Part shown: one piece after another, positions 27,904 through 35,319 of the stretch | How the letters are laid out: each line of letters starts with the position of its first letter | Numbering within the stretch: position 1 is the first letter of the stretch | Sequence record: MZ475898.1 | Reading direction: 5' to 3' (one strand) | Length of the DNA stretch: 64,000 nt | Notes under the pieces: generated by a model | Database searches by the model: none | What the model was told of the DNA's origin: nothing | Seen by the model: the letters and a program-made list of their open reading frames with translations, nothing else | Program-made: the position numbers and the translations under genes

Positions 27904-28514
27904 CCGAGACGCGCCAGAATTTGTCGAACAACCTCAGACACAGATGCCGTTTCAGTATCGATAACAAGATCGAAACCACCAGGCACTTGCTTGTAGCGTT
28001 CGCTGTACTGCTCGAACACTTCTTTGGTCTGACGTTGTTCTATGCGGTCTTCACCACCAACGCGATGTTTACGGCGCTCTACCGAAGTCTCGTAAGAAAC
28101 ATTCAGCAGCACAGTAAGACGCTTCTCAGGTGCGAGCACTTCCCACGTATGACGATAGATGCGATCATTGATATCCGAATCACCCGCTTGATAAACGAAG
28201 GTGGACGGGTAACCACGGTCAGCAATAATCATCGTGTTCGGTTCGTTAGCGAGAATACGCTCGTAGGAATTCATGGTCGATGAACGCGCGGCCAAGAACA
28301 GCAGCATTTCGGTGCGACTGTCCATATCTGTTGCGAGGCCGCCTCTGTCGTTAAGCAGAATATCACGCAGATGTTCTGACAAAGGAGTACCACCAGGCTC
28401 GCGCAGTCTCAGGACCTGAGAACCACGTTGTTGCAAAATTTCGGAGATTGCTGTGCAAACTGTAGATTTGCCAGAACCTTCGGGACCTTCTACTAAAAGA
28501 TAAACAGAGTTCAT
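27900..28514 (-). CDS. tmk: Thymidylate (dTMP) kinase
   Basis: P-loop EGPEGSGKST, REPGGT, LLFLAAR, IADR motifs. Confidence 0.95.
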   Translation of the reverse strand: MNSVYLLVEGPEGSGKSTVCTAISEILQQRGSQVLRLREPGGTPLSEHLRDILLNDRGGLATDMDSRTEMLLFLAARSSTMNSYERILANEPNTMIIADRGYPSTFVYQAGDSDINDRIYRHTWEVLAPEKRLTVLLNVSYETSVERRKHRVGGEDRIEQRQTKEVFEQYSERYKQVPGGFDLVIDTETASVSEVVRQILARLG

Positions 28515-28523
28515 AGGGATTCC

Positions 28524-29015
28524 TTAGGCAAATCGCCCACCACGCCATGCGGCCTTGATGAGCAACTTAGCCACGATTTCGTTCTTCATTGTCTTTCGCT
28601 TCGCATTGCTACGGACAAATGCAGAGCCGAACTTATTCACGACAATCAAACCAACACCGCTCACGCGTATGCGTTCGATTATTCTATCGCCGTGAGATTC
28701 AAACAGAGCCTCGTCTATGGCAAAGTACATACGCATACAAAACGGTAGATACTTGTGCCACTTCTTATCGGTATTGAAATCGGCCCAGCAACTCTTAACC
28801 TCAGTGATAATCATATCGCATTTGGTATTAAGGCAGAACACGTCTGCTCTTAGGTTGCCGTGCTTAATCAAACCCAGCTCAACATGACAGGAATAACGTT
28901 TGTCAATCCAATAACGCTGAGCTGCCTCAGTGATAAACATAGTCCTATCAGGACGACTCATTGAGGTAAAGACTGCCTGTGTTTGACGTTCAGCTTTGCG
29001 GCGCTTAAAGGCCAT
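28524..29015 (-). CDS. mmcB: MmcB-like PD-(D/E)XK endonuclease
   Basis: RADVFCL...IITEVKSCWADFNTDKKWHKYLPFCMRMYFA matches the MmcB family pattern. Confidence 0.8.
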   Translation of the reverse strand: MAFKRRKAERQTQAVFTSMSRPDRTMFITEAAQRYWIDKRYSCHVELGLIKHGNLRADVFCLNTKCDMIITEVKSCWADFNTDKKWHKYLPFCMRMYFAIDEALFESHGDRIIERIRVSGVGLIVVNKFGSAFVRSNAKRKTMKNEIVAKLLIKAAWRGGRFA

Positions 29016-29460
29016 ACGAGTCGATAATGTCCAGCGCCTGAGCTAAAATTGGGCGGAGTTTCTTGTCCACCTTCTTTAGAGCTTTATCAGCACTGAACCA
29101 CTTACGCTCACGCATGCCTGCTTCATCGTATTCAGTCAGTTCCTGCTTGACCTTCATGATGAACCATTCAACGTTCTGGGCGCGGCCGGTCTTGCCTTTA
29201 ACATACTTCATAATGTCGATGAAGTCTTTAGGCTTACCGAGAATGCCGCCTTCTTCCATGGCTTCTTTAAGCGCGGAATCCAGTGGCGTCATACCTTTCT
29301 CAACGCCACCTTTAGGGAATCCCCAATTGTTTCCGTGTGTGGTGCGAATCAACAAGATCTGCACTTCACCTTTTTTCTTTTTGTATGGGACAACGCCTGA
29401 CTGCTTACGCGCTTTCTTTTCAGAAGGCAGCTTAGCAGAGAGTGACACATTCAGCATCAT
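29005..29460 (-). CDS. Nudix hydrolase
   Basis: Nudix box WGFPKGGVEKGMTPLDSALKEAMEEGG. Confidence 0.92.
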   Translation of the reverse strand: MMLNVSLSAKLPSEKKARKQSGVVPYKKKKGEVQILLIRTTHGNNWGFPKGGVEKGMTPLDSALKEAMEEGGILGKPKDFIDIMKYVKGKTGRAQNVEWFIMKVKQELTEYDEAGMRERKWFSADKALKKVDKKLRPILAQALDIIDSYGL

Positions 29461-29957
29461 AGATAATCACTTCCACGAGGCATGTTCACTTCCCAGCGAC
29501 CAGAGTTGTCTACCCACAGACCATTATCCTGCAGGCGCTTGTATGCATCATACAGAGAGCATGAGGCGAGCACTTGCAGTTCGGTACCGAAGTCCGACAT
29601 TGAATAGCTGTAGATAGATTCAGGCAGGTACGACAGGCGCTGGCCTTCATACGAGTCGTGAACAATACAGCCATCAGCATCAGTAACAACAGCGTGAGAT
29701 GCAACGAGGGTAGGCCCCAGAACAACGATACGATAGTCTGGGTGCTTGTTGTAGTTGCGCTGAATGAACAACGCAGCTTCTGCAAACGGACGTGCGACTT
29801 GCGCAGCGCGTGTGCAGTTTTGCTCAAACGCAGATTCAGACAAAGAGCGTGCACCAGTCAAATTCATGGCCGATGCAAAAATCATTGTTGTCAGATCGTT
29901 TGGTGCGATAGCTGTGGGGAAGAACTTCGTGCCCCACGCTTGATCTAAAGAAAGCAT
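29457..29957 (-). CDS. Hypothetical protein (possible Cys-His-Asp fold)
   Basis: 166 aa; AGGAG SD; NC..AA, SHAVV and HD spacing. Confidence 0.65.
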   Translation of the reverse strand: MLSLDQAWGTKFFPTAIAPNDLTTMIFASAMNLTGARSLSESAFEQNCTRAAQVARPFAEAALFIQRNYNKHPDYRIVVLGPTLVASHAVVTDADGCIVHDSYEGQRLSYLPESIYSYSMSDFGTELQVLASCSLYDAYKRLQDNGLWVDNSGRWEVNMPRGSDYL

Positions 29958-29987
29958 GGACCGTCTCCTTATTCGATAGTCTAAACT

Positions 29988-29995
29988 AAATTAGC
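29988..29995 (-). promoter_or_regulatory. Candidate late promoter motif GCTAATTT
   Basis: 31 nt upstream of ATG 29957. Confidence 0.55.
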
Positions 29996-29996
29996 G

Positions 29997-30287
29997 TTAA
30001 TCAGCAGGACAGATAAGGACTTGTCTGCGATTCTGCATAAAAGACTTTGGAGCAGGGCCACCTATCACGATAGCGTATTTTAACAGGAAGCCGGGCTTCT
30101 TTGTCGCTACGTTACAGCCACCGTGTGAAAGAGCTGCTAGTGCTTGACTGCGAAAAGGACCGGTCAAGCACAGCGTATGAGCGAAGAAGGGTTTGCTCAC
30201 CTTCTTCATTGTTCTGCTCATCAGAGCGCGGATAGCTTCGCATTGTTCCGCAGTAGGTTCAGCACCGCAATAAACATCGAAATGCAT
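29997..30287 (-). CDS. Stand-alone BRCT-like protein
   Basis: 96 aa; HTLCLTGPFRSQALAALSHGGCNV...YAIVIG resembles the ligase BRCT pattern (FTG...R...l...Gg.v). Confidence 0.45.
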   Translation of the reverse strand: MHFDVYCGAEPTAEQCEAIRALMSRTMKKVSKPFFAHTLCLTGPFRSQALAALSHGGCNVATKKPGFLLKYAIVIGGPAPKSFMQNRRQVLICPAD

Positions 30288-30988
30288 TATGCGCCCTTAA
30301 TAGTCATCAGGCTCTTGTACAGGCCGAACTTCTTCGAGAAGTCAGCAAGCGCATAGCCAGCCATATCTGCGGAATCAATCTGCTTAGTGATCAGCTTGCA
30401 GTTGGATGCGCTCAGGTTGTTTGTCTTGTCTTCATACAGGACAAGGGTGTGGCCATCATAGCGCTTATCGTCCGTAAAGAACACACCAAACTCTTTCCAC
30501 GAGCGAGTGCCGTACTCAAGGACGAACACCGATGCTTCATAGAAGCCAGTGCCCATCTCCTGACTGTTGTCGTTAAGGAAGTGCTGGTCAATGTGGTCAG
30601 CAGCAACAACGTCAATCGTAATAAACTCACACACCTCAGGACAGTTGCGCAACCACGCACGCATACTGCGATCAAAATACGCAGCCAGTGCGCAGCAGAT
30701 GCAGCTACGATTGTTCGGGTCTTTATCGACGCGAGGGATAGCTGTCAGCAAACGATCATACACAGCCCACGAGATGAAATCTGTGTCCAGACGTCCATCC
30801 GAGTACTCGTATTCTTCGTCGTTGATAACGAACAGATTGTGGCGCTGCATGTTGATGTTGCCTAATACATGCTTAACGCGGTTCATCTGCCCGTAAGGGA
30901 ATTGGAATAGAACCTCGGTATTGATAACACGAGGTACGCCATTTTCTAAGTAGGCAAACTCCATAGGGTGCCGTAATACAGAACGCAT
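30287..30988 (-). CDS. Hypothetical protein
   Basis: 233 aa, coupled to neighbouring genes. Confidence 0.7.
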   Translation of the reverse strand: MRSVLRHPMEFAYLENGVPRVINTEVLFQFPYGQMNRVKHVLGNINMQRHNLFVINDEEYEYSDGRLDTDFISWAVYDRLLTAIPRVDKDPNNRSCICCALAAYFDRSMRAWLRNCPEVCEFITIDVVAADHIDQHFLNDNSQEMGTGFYEASVFVLEYGTRSWKEFGVFFTDDKRYDGHTLVLYEDKTNNLSASNCKLITKQIDSADMAGYALADFSKKFGLYKSLMTIKGA

Positions 30989-30998
30989 TGTCTTTCCT

Positions 30999-31787
30999 TT
31001 AGTTTAGGTGGATTATCTGGCCATTAGCTGTAATGTCTTGACCTGCTTCAATTCCGACGCGGCCTTTGACGTCCAGAGTATCATCGCCCTTTATTGTGGT
31101 CTTGCGATTACCTTCAATCACAACTGTCTGATTGCCTGTAATCTTCGTGTACTGATTACCACCATCACCTTTCGCAACACCAGCAAACTTGATGCGCTTC
31201 TTAGGGTCAGGCTTGAGAGCTTTAGGCGTCATTGTAGGGTCATTCAAGATATAATCAGGAATGTCGTTCTTGCTACCTGTAACGATAAGCTGTTGGTTGC
31301 CTACGATGGTCTGATTCACGTCACCCATGATCGTCATGTTGAAATCACCAGACGTCACAAGGAAGTGTTCGTTAGTCAGACGGTCGATAATCAACTGCGT
31401 GCCTGTAGACAGACGGACGCCCACACGATGTGGATAGTTGATCAAGAACTCAGGCAGCTTATCAGCTTCTGTCATACGCACGTTGGTGCTGTATACGCCT
31501 TCGTGCAACTGACCAGTAGGGAATCTGACAGATACCTTAGCGCCCATCATAGGAACAAACTGTGCACCGAATACAGTTCCAGTAGAACCGCCTTTGAGTC
31601 CTTCGAGATGACCGATGCCTGGACGAATCCACGGAATCATCTCATCAGGAATATCATCGGTAAGGCCCATGATGCGTGCGCGTATCATCTGAATCTTCTT
31701 GGGGTCGGAGCTATCAATAACAATAGCCTCGTACTCCATTTGCGGGTCAATCCCTTTCTTTGAGTTTACAGCATTTAGAGGAATCAT
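30999..31787 (-). CDS. Baseplate central spike (gp5/VgrG-like OB fold plus beta-helix)
   Basis: YEAIVIDSSDPKKIQMIRARIMGLTDDIP...PWIRP OB fold; VxG repeats at the C-terminus. Confidence 0.85.
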   Translation of the reverse strand: MIPLNAVNSKKGIDPQMEYEAIVIDSSDPKKIQMIRARIMGLTDDIPDEMIPWIRPGIGHLEGLKGGSTGTVFGAQFVPMMGAKVSVRFPTGQLHEGVYSTNVRMTEADKLPEFLINYPHRVGVRLSTGTQLIIDRLTNEHFLVTSGDFNMTIMGDVNQTIVGNQQLIVTGSKNDIPDYILNDPTMTPKALKPDPKKRIKFAGVAKGDGGNQYTKITGNQTVVIEGNRKTTIKGDDTLDVKGRVGIEAGQDITANGQIIHLN

Positions 31788-33682
31788 TGTTTTACTCGCG
31801 GTAGGTACATCTCAAGTTTCTCACCGTCTGGCGTGCCTGTTTTATTAGAGCCATCAACAGTGCCATCACCGAGAGAACACAGGAAGTTACGCAGGTCTTC
31901 TTCTGCCTGTCTGATCAACTGGCTCAAGTTAGTGCTCGGCCCCATCAGCTTACTGATAGAGGAAGCATCGAGACACTTGTCAGGCAGAGAGTTGTCCAGC
32001 ATCTTCTGCATATCATCAAGTTTGTTTGAGACGCAGCGCTGGTTAATCTGAGGACCATCAAGATACTCGGCGGGAATATCACCGTTAGCGATAAGACCGT
32101 TAATATCGCCGGTCATGCCGCCAAGCATATTCTCCATGCTATCCAGACGACCAGCAAGTCCATCGAGTATGCCTGTCTTATAGTTGATGGACAGGTCAAC
32201 GCTCATCTTCTGGAGTTTGTTGAGCGCAGCACACATGCCCGTAAGCAGCTTGGCTAGGCTGAACTCCTGCATAAGACTGTTTAGGTAGTCAGCACCTTCA
32301 CCGTACTTAGCGGCCAGCTCTGGGAACTTGAACGCTTCGCTGTCTACTTGGAACTGGTTAAGCATCACATCAAGTTTGAGACTGTGTTGCTGTGCAATCC
32401 AATCGAGCGGGCTAGCACCGTCAAGCGCCTGTTTGATGTTCGCGTTAATCTGCATAGGGCGCAGAATGTTAGCGACAGTATCGAGAGGAGTAAGGATGAT
32501 GTTCTTACCACCACCGATATTCGACGTGCCTTCAACAGGAGTGAAGTTACGGGCCAACAGGAATGCTTCGCTGTACATGTGCCCTGAGTAAACGCGAGTA
32601 CGCCCGATGATAATCCACTTGCCTGACAGCTTCTCATCGAGAATCAGTTCACGGTTAGAAGACACCATGCCAGCAGTCACTTCGACAATATCAAACAGGT
32701 CAACCTCAGGACAGCCGCCCATGATAAGTGCGCGTGCAGTCTCGGTATACGTCATTGCCTGACGTTTGTTTGAATAGAACGCCTGCATGTACTTATCGTG
32801 CAGGTTAATGTCGTTCGACGGTCGGGCATAGGCTTTACGTGCACCAACAATATCACCACGTGTATCGCTGTTGATGTTTAGAGGGTCACGGCCTTTGACA
32901 GTCACTGTGGACATTTCATTGACAGCACCTTTACTATCAGCCCACAGCAGCTTGTCCCCATAGTTCGACATACCGTTGAAGATACCGCTAAGAGATTTCG
33001 GGCGGAACTCATGCACGTTGTACTCAGGACTACGACCTGTTGGCGTGTGGTTAAACGTCCAGTAAGCTACAGGGTCTTTGTCAAACTGAGCATTGAGGTC
33101 ACGCACTATCATGCGCTTGTCTGCGCTGATAATCATCTTAGGTGCAGCTTCTTCCGATATCCAGATGTGCTGCTCAATCTCCGACGCAAACTTCTTAGGC
33201 GAACACGCAGCAGACACCCAACTCATAATGTCTTTGGTCTGCATATCACCTGAATCAAGCGTAAGCCCACACGACTGTGCGACTGTGCGTAGCGCCTCAA
33301 GGCTGGTGGATCGCATTGCATAGGAGCGAGAGTCGAAGAGGAACTTGGGTGCATCGATAGCACACAGCACGTTCATCATATGGAAGCCACCCTCGTCGTA
33401 CTCACGCACGGCAAACACACTAAACGTCAGTGTCGTGGATCTGTCAACTGAGGGACCAGTGGTTATCGTGATCTTTGTACCATCAACGATAGCGTGGGAG
33501 CTACGCAGGATATTCGTGCGATCAGCTAATACGAGAAGACAGGCAGGAACAGCGAAGGTGTTTTCATACGTGTGAACGTTGCGAACAAGATTCGGTGCAT
33601 CCGGAGGAGCTTTACCGTCAAGCAACAGACCAAAGTAGCCCTGATTCTTGACGCCACCAGCGGAAGGATTTTCCATCGCCAT
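31784..33682 (-). CDS. Baseplate hub protein (gp27-like) with helical C-terminal extension
   Basis: 632 aa directly upstream of the spike; beta-rich N-terminal ~390 aa. Confidence 0.65.
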   Translation of the reverse strand: MAMENPSAGGVKNQGYFGLLLDGKAPPDAPNLVRNVHTYENTFAVPACLLVLADRTNILRSSHAIVDGTKITITTGPSVDRSTTLTFSVFAVREYDEGGFHMMNVLCAIDAPKFLFDSRSYAMRSTSLEALRTVAQSCGLTLDSGDMQTKDIMSWVSAACSPKKFASEIEQHIWISEEAAPKMIISADKRMIVRDLNAQFDKDPVAYWTFNHTPTGRSPEYNVHEFRPKSLSGIFNGMSNYGDKLLWADSKGAVNEMSTVTVKGRDPLNINSDTRGDIVGARKAYARPSNDINLHDKYMQAFYSNKRQAMTYTETARALIMGGCPEVDLFDIVEVTAGMVSSNRELILDEKLSGKWIIIGRTRVYSGHMYSEAFLLARNFTPVEGTSNIGGGKNIILTPLDTVANILRPMQINANIKQALDGASPLDWIAQQHSLKLDVMLNQFQVDSEAFKFPELAAKYGEGADYLNSLMQEFSLAKLLTGMCAALNKLQKMSVDLSINYKTGILDGLAGRLDSMENMLGGMTGDINGLIANGDIPAEYLDGPQINQRCVSNKLDDMQKMLDNSLPDKCLDASSISKLMGPSTNLSQLIRQAEEDLRNFLCSLGDGTVDGSNKTGTPDGEKLEMYLPRVKQ

Positions 33683-33685
33683 ATT

Positions 33686-33898
33686 TTACTCCAGAATGCG
33701 AAAAGGCCCGCTAACAAAGCGGATAGCTATGTTACTCAGGCCATGTTGTTTCAACAGTTTTGCACAGCAGTTGCAGCAAAGTCTTTTGTCAGTTGGATTG
33801 ATTACGGACGAGGCGTATTCGCTTATCACGTAATTGTCGTACGGTTCATCGCAGAACTGACACAGCTCCTGCTTTTCGAGTGATACTCGGATGCGCAT
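33686..33898 (-). CDS. Small zinc-finger protein
   Basis: 70 aa; CQFC...CCNCC. Confidence 0.55.
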   Translation of the reverse strand: MRIRVSLEKQELCQFCDEPYDNYVISEYASSVINPTDKRLCCNCCAKLLKQHGLSNIAIRFVSGPFRILE

Positions 33899-33900
33899 GG

Positions 33901-34299
33901 TTAGCCCTCGGCGTCAAGCTCCAGCGCAATGGCTTTCAGTTTCGCAGCAAGCAACTTAATCTCAGAAGACTTGGCTTGCATGTTAAAGCCACCACGCCCT
34001 GGTTTTATTTCAGAGTCTTTCTTCGTGTTGTACCACTTGCGCACTTCTACGACACGGTTACCGGCATCATCGTTAGCGAGATCAACAGACAGGAAGGTGT
34101 TAGGTCCGATTGCAATGCGAAACAGCTCTGGCGCAGAAGTCTCTTTGCGAGTCTTCTTTGCTTTCTCTTTCACAGGCTCAGACTTTTTAGACTTCTTAGC
34201 AGGCTTCTCTGTCTCACGTTCGACAGGCTTAACCTTGCTCAGGGTCTTCTTGATCTTCTTCGCTTTCGCGCCAACGATTTTGCCGTTAACCATTGCCAT
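33901..34299 (-). CDS. PC4/YdbC-like ssDNA-binding protein with Lys-rich N-terminus
   Basis: FLSVDL...VVEVRKWYNTKKDSEIKPGRGGFNM resembles the PC4 motif (IDIREYW...KPGRKGISL). Confidence 0.7.
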   Translation of the reverse strand: MAMVNGKIVGAKAKKIKKTLSKVKPVERETEKPAKKSKKSEPVKEKAKKTRKETSAPELFRIAIGPNTFLSVDLANDDAGNRVVEVRKWYNTKKDSEIKPGRGGFNMQAKSSEIKLLAAKLKAIALELDAEG

Positions 34300-34589
34300 T
34301 AGATTTGCGTCCTCTTAATTTGTTTTATTGCAGCACTAGGACGAGGCTGGGGAATAGCAACGAGTGCGCCTGCAAGCATCTCGGATGAGTGAACCCATCC
34401 GTTAGCTATCAGAATATTCCGCCAGTATGCGTTAGTGCTGAGTTCTTTGTACGACAGCAACTGAGGATTTCCCTCCATAGATGCGTCGATACGTTTGGTC
34501 GTGAACAACGATCTGTCCACGTCATCGAATACAGAAACAGACAGCGGGTCAATTCCCCACTTGTCTATGTTAGCGATAGTTTCAGCCAT
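34299..34589 (-). CDS. Baseplate wedge LysM-like protein (gp53/tail X-like)
   Basis: 96 aa; YWRNILIANG...EMLAGALVAIP. Confidence 0.7.
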   Translation of the reverse strand: MAETIANIDKWGIDPLSVSVFDDVDRSLFTTKRIDASMEGNPQLLSYKELSTNAYWRNILIANGWVHSSEMLAGALVAIPQPRPSAAIKQIKRTQI

Positions 34590-35308
34590 TTTTTCAGATC
34601 CTCACGAGTCACGGCAAAGTAACTGCTTACCTGCAGGACGAAGTCAACGGAGATTGGATTCCCTGTACCATCTTCCCACACGTTGTCGAAGTTAGCACTG
34701 ACGCTATCAACAACGCAAGGTGTCATAGAGAAGAAATTACCAATATCAACTGAAAACGCCTCGTCATCAGAAAACTCTATGTTCTGTCCCGCTTGAGCAG
34801 CAGCCGCATTAGCGATTGCTTTAGCAGGGCTTGGGCCTGGTGCAACAAGTATCCCGCCTACCTCAGACGGAGCGCACAGGCTCAACAGATTATAGGTTGT
34901 CTCGACAACTTCGCTGCGTGTATCATCGTAAGCATCAACGAAGATAGGGAGGTCAAGCGTAAAGTAACTTGGTCCTCCCCACATCTTGAAGCTGGCCAAC
35001 TTGTGAATGGAGCTGGCACCACCGAGCTTTAACGCAGAGTCAGCAGTGCCTGCGAGTCTACCCAACATACCGCCAGACCTATCAGAGATCCCCTGACCGA
35101 TTGAAGTGTCCCCGAAAGGAGCACTCCAACCGCTTGACAGAGAGAACGTAAAGTCAGGTGGCACGAATCCGGTAAACTTGATGGTGCCGCTTTTGTTGTA
35201 GATCTGAACACGGTACATGTTATCGACGCTTATCACGTCACCACGTTGTCGTGCAGTACCCACAGCAGTGGCGGTATTACCATCAGCAGGAATCAGATAG
35301 TTAGCCAC
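34565..35308 (-). CDS. Tail tube initiator (gp48/gp54-like)
   Basis: 247 aa between the tape-measure and LysM genes; CVVDSVSANFD...PISVDFVL tube-fold ending. Confidence 0.6.
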   Translation of the reverse strand: MANYLIPADGNTATAVGTARQRGDVISVDNMYRVQIYNKSGTIKFTGFVPPDFTFSLSSGWSAPFGDTSIGQGISDRSGGMLGRLAGTADSALKLGGASSIHKLASFKMWGGPSYFTLDLPIFVDAYDDTRSEVVETTYNLLSLCAPSEVGGILVAPGPSPAKAIANAAAAQAGQNIEFSDDEAFSVDIGNFFSMTPCVVDSVSANFDNVWEDGTGNPISVDFVLQVSSYFAVTREDLKKWLKLSLT

Positions 35309-35319
35309 AGATAGTCCTC

